Positions 13,841 to 26,050 of a DNA stretch of 64,000 nucleotides are shown here, piece after piece. Every line of letters starts with the position of its first letter. The first letter of the stretch is position 1. Origin of the DNA: Octopus vulgaris. Taxonomy: Eukaryota. A program made the translations under genes and the position numbers. Where the stretch lies: positions 222,022,001 to 222,086,000 of the forward strand of contig OX597814.1 in the NCBI GenBank assembly GCA_951406725.2. The letters are read 5' to 3'. A model generated the notes under the pieces. That model did no database searches and was not told the DNA's origin. It saw only the letters and a program-made list of their open reading frames with translations.

Positions 13841-14111
13841 CCTGTTGCAAACTAATTTGCTACATATAACTTCTAAAGTAATTAAAGGTACTACTTTCAG
13901 GAATTCCCATGACTTTCATCTAAATATTTCAGATGGTCGTCCAAATAAATGTTAAAATGAAGGCTCCTAATTTTCTTACGTGACCAAGCATTTTGATAGT
14001 AGAATAGCTGGAATTCTTTCAAATATTCAGTTTCACTTATTTCATTGACGATTTTTAACACAAAATCGACTTCGATAGACTTTCATCTCAAAATGTAAAA
14101 GTATGTGAGAT

Positions 14112-14305
14112 AGCGAGCTGGCAGGATCGTTTGGACGCCGGGCAAAATGCTTAGCGGCATTTCGTCCGTCTTTACGTTCTGAGTTCAACTTCCGCCGAGG
14201 TCGACTCTACTTTTCATCCTTTCGGTGTTGATAATATAAATACTTGTTGACCACTGAATTCTAAGTAATAGACTTGCTGGCCTTGTGCCAAAATTTTAAG
14301 CCAAT
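14112..14305 (+). mobile_element. SINE (gcgagctggcagaatcg family)
   Basis: Matches copies at 17850, 29390 and 41033; B-box-like gagttcaacttcc. Confidence 0.8.
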
Positions 14306-14751
14306 ATAAAAGCATGTAAAACATGCTTTCACTGAGGTGGGCTCTCCATATAAGCTTTCCGCGTTTGATAAAACAAAATATTCTGGTGGAGATTTGGTTG
14401 AATATTTAGACCGTAAGACATAGTAACTTGCGGTATTTATTTCAGTTCTTTGGGTTCTCTGTTGAGATACCTTTCTAAGTCATCTTGGTTTTGCTTCATT
14501 CTGGTACTAACAAAATGAAGAAACGGTCAAGTGCTGGGATTTGATTAGTAAATACTTATAGCAAATTCCTGGCAGTTTGCCTATGTTAGAAAGGTAACTA
14601 AATTGCTTTCTTCTATAAATGTTTTGTTTATACATTAGCAGTTTCGCTTTTTTTTTTATTTCACACTGTTCATTTGTGATTTCCTAATCTAATTGTCTCC
14701 CATTTGAGACTTTCACTAAAAGATCTGAAGTACTGATATATGTGTGTGTGT

Positions 14752-14791
<40 letters not shown>

Positions 14792-14849
14792 TGTATTTAT
14801 CTATATATATATATATGTATCTATATGCATGCATATATATATGTGTATA

Positions 14850-14905
<56 letters not shown>

Positions 14906-14993
14906 TATATATATATATCTTCTAATACCAAAGAATTTACTGTATATACATTAAATTATAGTATTTTAGCTTCACTTAATGTATATTATGTAT

Positions 14994-15026
<33 letters not shown>

Positions 15027-17847
15027 ATGTATGTGTGTGCGTGTGTGTGTATTATATATATATATATATATATTGTTTAAATATTTTGTTTTAATTACTT
15101 GTATTTTAATTATCCAGTAATGATATACTATACTTTGTTAGTTTTTTCTTCTATAAGCTAAAATATATTTTCATAGATAAAATATAAATATTTATATCTA
15201 TTCATTCTAGTTTTATTTGCACCACGTTTTTAACGAGATAAATATATTATAAACAATAAATCCTACGTATTAAGTTTAAAGATTTAGTTGACAGAATATA
15301 TTTGATAAGATATTTCGTGCTTTTATTTTAAGATATATTGTTGAATTTTGTTCCATTTTTTTTTTTTTTGAAAAAGTTCGTATTTGTTTTCTTTTAGGCA
15401 TTGAGTAGTGAACATCAGTCTAATGCAACTCATCTACAGTATTATTTTGAAAATATCTTACTCATTTGCATTTGCAGTATACTGCATATTTCATTATTTC
15501 TTAAATACATGTATGTCGGCGTTTTATATGGTTCTTAATTTCTCTGATTATTTATTTAACAAACTACTGTTGATCTTCCTTAATGCCTTAGTAACCTGGT
15601 TTTCAAATGGCACCTTCAGCTTACAAATGGTGGTCATTAATTCTCATCACATATCATTGTCTCTGTAGTCACTCTTGCGTGAATATATTAATACTCTGAG
15701 GTTATCCTCATGACAATAGCCTTTTTCTTTTTATAACGCTCTCTATTGTTTCATCGTGTTAAGCTGTTTTTCTTTTGCGTATGGATTATTTGCTGTATTT
15801 GCTTTTTACTGGTGCCTCTGAAATTATATGTAATATGTCTGCTTTTGCGAGTGTGATGTATTAAATGAAATCATAAAATGTTATTTCATCCGACATTTCT
15901 TTCTTAACCTTTCGGTCTCCAATCATCAATTTACATATAGACTTTGCAGAATCCTTCCTGTTTCTCTATGTCTTGTTTTCAGATTAACCTTTTATTGCAA
16001 AGGCATTGAATGTTGTAACCAGAGAGCTCAGAGATGTGCGGTCGTAGTCTGCTGGTTTGACTGACGAAGGCAGTGGATTTCCCCTCTTCATAGTGCATTG
16101 CATTCAAAGTATTTTGGGATGCCACAGCACATACCTGACCTTCACATGAATAATCTATTCTTGCATCACATAGCTTTGTTGATTCATATGATTAAAGGAT
16201 CTCATCGAATAAGCTTATCAAACATACACTGCCTGTACTCAATATTTATCCCTTCTTTGTTCTCCAACACATTCTCACCCTCTCCTCTCAAGTACCGAGG
16301 TCACTATAATATGCACCCAGTCCACTCTGTTAAGTGTGGTCGAGAGAATTCCGTAGTCTTATAGCAATCTCTTTAGTTTGATGCTTGTTGTTTCAGTGTT
16401 TCTACAGTTCACATGCCTTCCCGATGCAAATGCTCGAAGCGATCGTATCTCATATAACGATATATTCAGCACATTGCAATTTTTGAATGGTTTACAGTTT
16501 GCTTGCTGAAAAATATATGGATTTCATTGTACGATACGCTTCTCTGACTGATCGTTCTACTGGTGTACTTCATCTACAAAACCTTGCTGCAGCAATTAAT
16601 CTACACTCCATACCTCTAATTTTCTTAAAATGTTAGTGTTGGAGTTCTTAATTATTGAATATTAGTAAAATTCTTTGCCTTCGTGATTGGCAGAATCGCT
16701 ACGAATGCATCGAAGAATGGCATTCTTTCCCACTATTTACATTCTGAGTTAAAAACCACAAGCTCAATTTTACTTTCATCCTTTTGGAGTCAATAATATA
16801 TAATACCAGTCGAGATTTGGAGTCGATGTAATCAAGTAACCTCACCACCCATAAATTGCTGGCACTGTGGCAAAATTTGAAAGATATTAGTATTGGTTTT
16901 GTAGTTATTTTCTTTCTGATTTAAGCACAAGTTCAACTATTTTGAAGTCATAGTCAATTCCATCGACACCTATATTTCATTGGTACTTCTCTTAACGATC
17001 TCGAACGGAGTAAAGCAAAGTTGAGATTTCATTATTTCAGGGTCGCTAAAATAAAGTATAAGTTAAATACTGAGATCGATTATACCAGTTAACCTCCTTC
17101 TTTCACAGTAGGTGCTCTTGTTCTTATATTTCTAAGAAAAAGTTTAATTTTTACCGTTAATGCAGTTGCTGCTGATTTTCTGTTTTTGATTTCCTTTTTG
17201 CAGTAATTATTTTTTCATTCTTTTTAGTTATTGTTATTGTTGCTGTTGTTGTTCAAAGAAATCTTATTGAATTTCATTTTCTACTCAGCAATGATCGCAG
17301 GTCGTAGACGGTTTTTTTATGTTGGTATTTCTGTTGTATACATCTCTATTCCACTTATTTTTTATTCATATATTTTCTCCTACAGATCGAAAGTTTTATT
17401 TTCTTTTGTAGTGTTTCCGTAGGTTGGTTTTTCACGCTGTTTGCTTGGGTTAATATTTGATAAGTTTTCAGAAAGTATCCAATTTTCTTTGCGACTGCTA
17501 TTGCTACTTCTAATATTAGATGATTTCTTCACTGGTAATATTGTCTGATTCTGTTGCCAATGTGTTTAAAATGGCTATGATTCCGTTTGTATTGCCGGTG
17601 TTATTTTATCACTTTACTATGGAAGTGTATTCTATGGATTTTTTTCTTTAACTCTTTTCACCTTCAGATATTGATATTTAAAATTTGTAGCTTTAGAATT
17701 CTCTAGTATTAGATCTTCCTCACAAAAACACTTGTTTACACTTTTTCTTTGTTGTAGTTCTGTAAATGTTCACCATATGTTTTTTTTTTCTCTTGAATTA
17801 GCTCAATCTCCATGGTATATGTTTCTCAATATTAATATGTTTGTTAA

Positions 17848-18035
17848 GGTAGTGAGCTGGCAGAATCGGTAACATGCCAAGCGAAATGCTTAGCGGCATT
17901 TCGTTCGTATTTACGTTCTGAGTCTAAATTCTGCTGAGGTCAATTTTGTTTGTCTTTCATACCAGTTGATCGCTGGGGTCAATGTAATTGAGTTGCCTCA
18001 TGCGTGAAATTTTCTGCCAAAATTTGAAATCAATA
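17848..18035 (+). mobile_element. Degraded SINE (gcgagctggcagaatcg family)
   Basis: gtgagctggcagaatcgg...gcttagcggcatttcg...gccaaaatttgaaatcaata. Confidence 0.75.
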
Positions 18036-18139
18036 TTAATATACTTCAATTGTTTGTTTCTCTTTTGTTCGTCATGTACTTAAAAATGCTGCTTTCTTTT
18101 CATGCTTTAATTTTACTAACACATTTTCATTTTTCGATT

Positions 18140-19200
18140 GTGACGTGAAGTCAAGGTGACATCAAGCAAGAAAAAAGATCAAGGATCAGATTTCTCTGGT
18201 TGTAATGTGTGTCGTGTCCAGCGCTCGACTGCGTACAAGTGTAAATGAGTGGATAAAGAATTTTTTTTAAATGGTAGGACAAACGTGAAACAAGCAGAGA
18301 GAGTAGGATGCCCATCAACCTCCGCAACTGACGTTAAGATTCAACAAGATTAAAAGATGGTTCTGGCGAACGGACGTGTCATAATCGATGAGGTGGTATA
18401 TTCTCTGCAAATTAGTCGTGGATCTGCATAGGATAGCATCCACAAGTTTCGCTTTTGTAAAGTCTTTGCGAGATTGATACCTAGAGAACTTAACGAAGCG
18501 CGTAAGCACAATGGTGTGATTTGCTACACCGAAGACTGCAAAGTATTTTTGGAAACAATAGTCATAGGTGATGATGTCTAGGTCCATTACTTTGAAATAA
18601 GATCCAAAAGACAGAATATGAAGTGAGAGCATCTATAATCGCCAGCGAAATAGAAATACGAGACTCTGTCTGCTACAGAAAAAGTGACGCTAGCCATTTG
18701 GGGGTGGGGGCAGAAGGGCCTATAGTGGGACATTACCTCAAAGAGGAGCGTAGAGTCACCAGTGTAAACTACAGTGGAATGCTGACGAACAAACTAAAAC
18801 CAGTAATTCGTACCAAACGCAAAGGTCTACTGTTAAATCAAATGTTAGTGCGGATTGACAATGTATACCAGCAATACAGCTGCCCACACCGATGAACACA
18901 TCGGAAAATTGTGTTTTGAGTTGCTCGAACACCGTGTATTTACACCCAGATCTTGTCCCTCCGACAATCATCTTTTTGGAATGCTGAAACATCCTTTACG
19001 AATTCGTCGATTTGTCTCGGACGAAGAAGTGCAGGACGTGGTCCATAAATATATGCGTGACCCGCCGAAAACCTTCTTCTCCGAAGGAATAAGAAAGCTT
19101 GTGGACTGCTTGAAGAAGAGGAATCGAAAAGTGAGGAAACCATGTCGAAAAATGATTTAATTATTCAACCCTTGCATTTGTTTGAATAAATTTCAGAAAC
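18140..19200 (+). mobile_element. Degraded mariner transposase remnant
   Basis: VTSVNYSGMLTNKLKPVIRTKRKGLL...DN and ELLEH...PSDNHLFGMLKHPLRIRRFVSDEEVQDVVH...FFSEGIRKLV; TIRs not identified. Confidence 0.85.
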
Positions 19201-20818
19201 AATAGTATAAGTTTGGGCTTATACTAATATATTTGACTTTTTAATTATCAAGTGCTTTGAGTTAGAAATTTCCTTTATGTCAACTATATTTTACATGAGC
19301 TATGATAGTCTGATATTTTTGGGGGAAAGTGTAAGTCCCTCTTTCATTTACATCATTTCTGTTTTATTTCTTTCAGGCTGAAACTTGCTCTGCTCTCATA
19401 AATGGACATATTTTAGGTAAAAAATATTTCTATAGATAAAGTATATTTAATCGAAATTAAGCGTATATGTATTCACAGATCACAAGGATGTTCAAGTGTG
19501 ACGAAAATCTCCCGGTTTATTAAATGTTTAATGTTAACAAAAATCATTCTACGTAGTAAATGTCGGAAAAGTTGTTTACAGACTAGTTGTATTGAAACTT
19601 GTGACATATGTAATACGTGTTTTAAAGTTTACATTTATATTCTCCTTAAAATGAATAATTATTATCATATTAAAAAGTCCTTATTAGCATTTGAGAATGT
19701 AATGGCAATTAGAATAAACAAGTTCGATTGTGATTGCGAGAGAAATAGCGATTAATGATTGCTCAAAATTATGTCCATGGAAAAACTTTCAAAGCGTCGG
19801 AAATGTTGGGTAATTTATAATAATATGAAACTAAATTGACGCAATTATTCAAATTGAAATAATTCAATATATACAGCTTTTATGTATATTCATGAGTTTG
19901 TCGGTAATAAATAATGATAATGAAACAATCAGTAGTTGAAAATTACTAGTTTTATGAATCGCAATATTGCTATGATTAACATTGTTAATCATAACAATAT
20001 TATTACTGTTCACAACAATAAAACCGAATGAGATTTCAGAAAAATAACCATTCTGAACTTACGGGAAAGCTTTTAAGAACGCAGAACAGTGAAATATTGA
20101 AGGTGGTAAGTCTGGCCACTTTAAGAGAACAAGTCCACATTTGAAACACTAAAATTACATTAAAACAGAAATACATAACATCATTCCAAATGTTTGGAAA
20201 TGCCATTATCATTATTGAATATAATCTCTTTCTCTAAATTCTTCAGGCATTATAGAAATAAATTTATTCTAGACGTTAAAATCTATCAAACGAACAATAA
20301 TGAAGATTTATTCAACAGAAATAAAGCTTTAGATTTAGAAAATGTCGAAAAGGGCAGTTCAAATATTAATGTGCTTCTAAAGAGCGTTAACTGTACAAGT
20401 GAAACTACTTTGGCGGATATAGAAAAGAAATCAAAACCAATTATTAGACTCAACAGATGTTTTACTAACATTACGAATGAAATTATTAACTTGATAAGTA
20501 CTTGCTTTTTTTAAACATGGTATTCTACGAATTGTGCTAAAGCTATTTTCGCAGCCGAGTTACTTTCTCCTTGACTGGCTTGGAACCTGTTTTAAGCTAG
20601 GTTTCTGCATGAGGAATATTTTTTATTCCTCATTTCTTATTCCTCTTATACTATTTTACATCTCGCTTAACATTGCAGACATAAAACGAAACATAGGTTG
20701 ATGAGACCACTCTACTCAGTATAGTGACACAAATACAAACTTTATTTGTGCTATACATTGTACTAATGCAGTGCTTTCCTTTGCAACAACACTTTACATA
20801 CACACACATGCACACATT

Positions 20819-20853
<35 letters not shown>

Positions 20854-20859
20854 CATCTG

Positions 20860-20898
<39 letters not shown>

Positions 20899-20910
20899 TT
20901 TATATATATA

Positions 20911-21565
20911 AATTTTTTCCGAATGAGATAAAACTACCAAGGCTGTGAAGATTTTAGAACATTTATAAATAGAAGGTCTTACAGCTGTTTCCAGGATATT
21001 TATTATATTCCTTCATCGGAGACGGTATGAGAAGATGGTTAAGCAATAGTTAATTTAGATAAGATACGAAATAGAGAGTGAAGTGGAGGAATGAAAATTG
21101 ATGTGAGATATGCATTATGAGATAGCCATTATTTAGGCAGAATGGTATACATATAAGATTCCAATACCTTGTGAGTAAAATCCAATAGTACCTAAAATTG
21201 GTCATTCCAAGTATAGAGTTAGTACACGCTGCTATTGAATCAAGGGTTTTATTTAAAGTGACCTAAAAGTAGGGAGTGTATTTGTAAGGTCAAATCGAAA
21301 ATAGGAAAAGAGGAATAAAGAAAAGAGAAAAAAAAGACAGGAATAGAGTAAACATTTTCTCACACCGTCTCCAATGAAGAGATATAATAAATATCCTGGA
21401 AACAGCTGTAAGACCCCCTATTTATAAATGTTCTAAAATCTTCACAGTATTGGCTTTTTATCTCATTCGGAATTTTTTTTAATATATATATACACACGCT
21501 GATATACGACCTACGTTGGAGTCCTTATTCGCATAATCACCGAACCTGGAGCTTAACTATATATT
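20911..21565. mobile_element. PLE-derived element with inverted terminal repeats and two hammerhead motifs
   Basis: Arms 20917-21037 / 21353-21472; motif gtct-CC(G/A)ATGA-...atatcctg-GAAA-cagctg-TA-agac at 20976-21023 (-) and 21367-21414 (+); same family as 42240-42455. Confidence 0.75.
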
Positions 21566-21679
21566 ATCCATAAGACTTATTCAGCATTATCTGACACCAT
21601 GTGGCTCTTCTTGAGACCATTACCTCTCATAACGTCTCTCTCTCTCTCTCTTTCTCTCTCACTCTCTCTATATATATAT

Positions 21680-21870
21680 AACGGGAAGGTTTACGAAAAT
21701 AAACAAAAGACGAAGGCAGGTGGAGTACAAACAAACAAATGTATTAGTATGGCGCTCAGGAATAGAAATAGAATAAGTATTTTACGTTTCGAGCCTACGC
21801 TCTTCGACAGAAAGATACTCAGAAAAAAACAAGGAGGGAAAAAAGGAGAGAAAAAATGCGTGTAGGAGCT
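21680..21870 (-). mobile_element. PLE-type terminal fragment with minimal hammerhead-like motif (21776-21819)
   Basis: Minus: agtatcttt-CTGTCGA-agagcgtaggctc-GAAA-cg-TA-aaatact. Confidence 0.65.
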
Positions 21871-21900
21871 AACACCTGTGTGCATATATTTATATATTTA

Positions 21901-21935
<35 letters not shown>

Positions 21936-21937
<2 letters not shown>

Positions 21938-22207
21938 TTATATTCTTTTACCTCTTTCAGTCATCTGACTGCGGCCATGCTGGAGCACTACCTTTAGTCG
22001 AACAAATCGACCCTAGTACTTATTCTTTATAAGCCTAGTACTTATTCTATTGGTCTCTCTTGCCGAACTGCTAAGTTACGGTAACGTAAACACATCAACA
22101 TCGGTTGTCGAGCGATGGTAGAGGAGAAACACGAACACACAAATACATACATACATACATACAGACAGACATACATACATACATACATACATACATACAT
22201 ACATACA

Positions 22208-22258
<51 letters not shown>

Positions 22259-22407
22259 GTTGGGCATCTTTCAGTTTCCGTCTACCAAATCCACCCACAA
22301 GGCTTTGGTCGGCCCTAGACTATAGTAGAAAGTATTTGTCAAAGGTTCCACGCTGTGGGACTGAACCCGGAACCATCTGGTTGGGAAGCAAGCTTCTTAT
22401 CACACAG
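21936..22407 (-). mobile_element. tRNA-derived SINE (family of 5325-5742)
   Basis: Colinear with 5325-5742, with an expanded (ATAC)n. Confidence 0.85.
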
Positions 22408-22854
22408 TGAGTCCTATATATATAACGTGAGGGAGAGAGAAAAGGAGGATGCTATATACTGAAAGGTATAGATTGAATACTATAATTATTTAGTAAGAAA
22501 TCTGAAATCTATAGGAAATTTCATGACCGAAGTACATTTTGATTGAAATTGTCTTTTAGTACATTCAATGGTTACTTAACCGTTTCTTCTATTTATGTTG
22601 CGTTATGTTAGTATCTGTATTAGAGAAATTATACATAGCAATACTTGGATGCTATTTATGCTAATTTGACAATTTTGTCTTCAAACTGAAATATTCGTTT
22701 CATGCATATTAGTACATTGTTCTGTATTTTGCATTATTAGTTGTGACCTACATCAGATCTCTGATCTAGGCCAGCAGTAACATGATCAGAACTCAGTACT
22801 GTTGGAATGACGTGGGAGATGGAAAAATGTTGAGCAGCAATGTATGTGAAGGTG

Positions 22855-22990
22855 GAGGAGTGACTCTATAGCAAGAAGATCGTTTGCTAACCCCATTGTT
22901 CCAAGTTTGGCATGTGTCTTCTACTATAGCCTCTGGCTTATAAAACCCATGTGAGTGGATTTGGTAAACGGAAACTGAAAGAACCCCGTC

Positions 22991-23034
<44 letters not shown>

Positions 23035-23310
23035 GCATGTGTGTATTTGTCTGTCGGTGTGCCTGTGTATTTGTCTCCCACCACCGTTTGACAACTGCTA
23101 TTGTCGTGTTTACGACCCCGTAACTTAACGTTTCGGCAAAAGAGTCCGATGGAATAAGTGCCAGGATTTAAAATGAAATAATTAAATAAATAAATGAACA
23201 AACGAATAAATATATATACTGGGGTCGATTCATTCGACTGAAAATTGGTCAAGGCGGTGCCCCATCATGGCCGCAGTCTAATAACTGAAGCAAGTAAAAG
23301 AATTAAAGAA
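22855..23310 (+). mobile_element. Degraded tRNA-derived SINE (family of 5325-5742)
   Basis: gtgagtggatttggtaaacggaaactgaaagaa...catggccgcagtcta. Confidence 0.8.
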
Positions 23311-23864
23311 TCGTATCACTTACAGATTGAAAATATAGAAATAAGTAAATATCAGTTACATCATGATGCTATTAAATTCAATTGTTTGAAACATTACAGT
23401 GCGGTTCATGTTAAAATATAGCCTTGAGCATACACAAGTACAAAAAGCAAAGAAAAAAACAAACAACATATCTAAGCATGAACCCCACCACACACGCATG
23501 ATCGCGTAAACATACACACCCACGCGTGCAAATGACTCTGCTCACTTTATGTTCACCCGTTAGTAATGCTATTGTGTCATTTCCGCACCATTCTTTCTGT
23601 CTTTGTCTTTTATAACATTCAATCACCATTTGACTGAAAGTGTTGATAAATTTCAAATACCAAATAGAAATATAGCTTTAAATGATGAGCATTATTATAT
23701 TTAAATGAGGTTGATTGATTATCTTAAGAGGTTAAATATGTACTCTTTAGAACTTTGGCAGGAGGCTTGACGGATGGCATCCGCTGTGTTCAGGTTTATT
23801 ATAAAACTAATGGGATTAACATTAGAACCATTTCATTTGTACATGCAAAGCTATAAATAATCCT

Positions 23865-24669
23865 TCCTACCATGGCCATAAGGCCTGGAATTTGGGGGAG
23901 GGGAATAAGTCGATAATATTGACCCCAATAACCCAACTGGTGCGTAATTTATCGACCTCGAAAGTCAACTTCGGCGGAATATGAACTCAGAACGTACCAA
24001 CGGGAGAAATACCTATTTCTTTACTACCCACATGGGGCTAAACACAGAGAGGAAAAACAAGGACAGACAAACTGATTAAGTCGTTATATCGACCCCAGTG
24101 CGTGATTGGTACTTAATTAATCGACCCCGAAAGGATGAAAAGCAAAGTCGACCTCGGCGGAATTTGAACTCAGAACGTAACGGCAGACGAAATACCTATT
24201 TCTTTATTACCCACAAGGGGCTAAACACAGAGGGGACAAACAAGGACAGACAAACGGATTAAGACGTTATATCGACCCCAGTGCGTGACTGGTACTTAAT
24301 TTATCGACGCCGAAAGGATGAAAGGCAAAGTCAACGTCGGCGGAATTTGAACTCAGAACGTAACGGCAGACGAAATACGGCTACGTATTTCGCCCGGCGA
24401 GCTAACGTTTCTGCCAGCTCACCGCCTTCCTTTTCTATTCTCCCTTTACTACCCACAAGGGGCTAAACACAGAGAGGACAAACAAGGATAGACAAACGGA
24501 TTAAGTCGATTATATCGACCCCAGTGCGTAACTGGTACTTAAATTATCGACCCCGAAAGGATGAAAAGCGAAGTCGACCACGGCGGAATTTGAACTCAGA
24601 ACGTAACGGCAGACGAAATACAGCTACGCTTTTCGTCCGGCGTGCTAACGTTTCTGTCAGCTCGTCGCC

Positions 24670-24670
<1 letters not shown>
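23865..24670 (-). mobile_element. Tandem/nested array of four SINE units (gcgagctggcagaa family)
   Basis: Units ~23865-24012, 24013-24195, 24196-24428 and 24433-24670. Confidence 0.9.
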
Positions 24671-24720
<50 letters not shown>

Positions 24721-25992
24721 TAAATACATATATATATATACATGCATATAAATATATATATGGGAGTATAACCCGTGTGTGTGTCTATCTTTCAACGCGA
24801 AAATAATGAGAACCAGCGCTTCCATCGGGAAAAATTATGAGAACCATTACTTTGCATTCGGAGTTAGACACTTCCTAGACATTCCTGCTATAAGAAATAA
24901 AGCGCACAAGGTGTCGCTTCCGTGCATACCTGTGAGATCGAAACTATAGTTTCCAAATTGTAGTCTAAACAATACATAATAAGTCGATTATATCGACTAC
25001 ATTTCTTCTGCAAATATATGGCGTTCTACTAATATAATATTCAATATATTTATTTTCATTGATTGGGCACAAAGGACGGAAATAATATGATAGTCATTAA
25101 TCGGATGAATAGGCATCTGATGGGAATTGCTATTGTTGTTTATTCCGAGTTGAGACCTGATCAATCATACGTATGATGAACCATGAATTTCTCATAATTT
25201 CTTCCTAAATAATGTCTCTTGAGCAACGTTTCTCATATCTAACTTTCGTTATATAATTAAATGCGACTTGAACGGTATTTGGTGGCTATTTCTAGGATGT
25301 AGAGGTGTCATGTAAGTGCTGCTTTGTGGTGTTAATGGTGTTTAAATAGATGGAGAACGAAATTAATATAAAAGGGTAACTAGGTTTTTGTTTTTTTTTC
25401 GTTTTTGTACGATGTAATGATCTGAAGTAAATAGTGAATTTTGTGCATAATAAACTGATGATTAATTGATAGTTACTAATGCATTTCGTTATAATGAACG
25501 GAGAATCATATCTTAGAACGAACTTTTATTGAGGGCCATCAAGGAGAGTTGATATTTTCACCCATTTTAAAATAATCATCTGATAATTTCTACTGCATTC
25601 ACATATTGGTTAGTATTGCATGAAGTGAAAAATATTGTCAGCGTATTTGTTATGGTTAGTTTCTAATGACTAGGCTCTTCTTCCATACAAGCGTCGGGTA
25701 TCAGTGTATATTACCTTTTGGTAAAGCATAATCACTACTAAATAATGAAGAACGTTTTGTTAATCTCGCTTACTACAGAAATGTTAAAAGATTGTAAGAT
25801 TAGTGACAAGACAGGAAAACTTGTAAACGACTCCGTGGATTAATTGAATAATTTTGAACCAAGCTTTCAAAGCATGAGATAAAATATTGAATGTTTCGCA
25901 GGTGATAGCGAAAAATTGATGATGGAAGACTAGTGCAAGGTGCATTTTTCTTTATATCGCTGCATTTGCGGAGTAATCTGAGATCACGAAGT

Positions 25993-26050
25993 TTATATTT
26001 GTAAAGAGTGTTCACATGTACATTTCTGTAGAGGTTGCAACTGATATCCA
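25993..26050 (-). CDS. Candidate terminal coding exon of the small membrane protein gene: (D)GYQLQPLQKCTCEHSLQI*
   Basis: Acceptor ttttcttttataaaatatattacag; phase 2 fits the upstream exons; followed by about 1 kb of repeat-poor, UTR-like DNA. Confidence 0.4.

Larger units (their letters stand above)
12622..14483. repeat. ~200 bp inverted repeat pair (12622-12820 / 14285-14483)
   Basis: atgacctagaaaggtatctcaac...aaaattttggcac versus gtgccaaaattttaag...gatacctttctaagtcat; few mismatches. Confidence 0.9.

Noticed and set aside
15700-16620. GC-richer segment that might be an old LINE
   Set aside because: No convincing RT or endonuclease motif in the frames I read
23865-24670. Repeat periodicity superficially like a CRISPR array
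   Set aside because: Units are whole SINE bodies with no unique spacers; eukaryotic context with no cas genes
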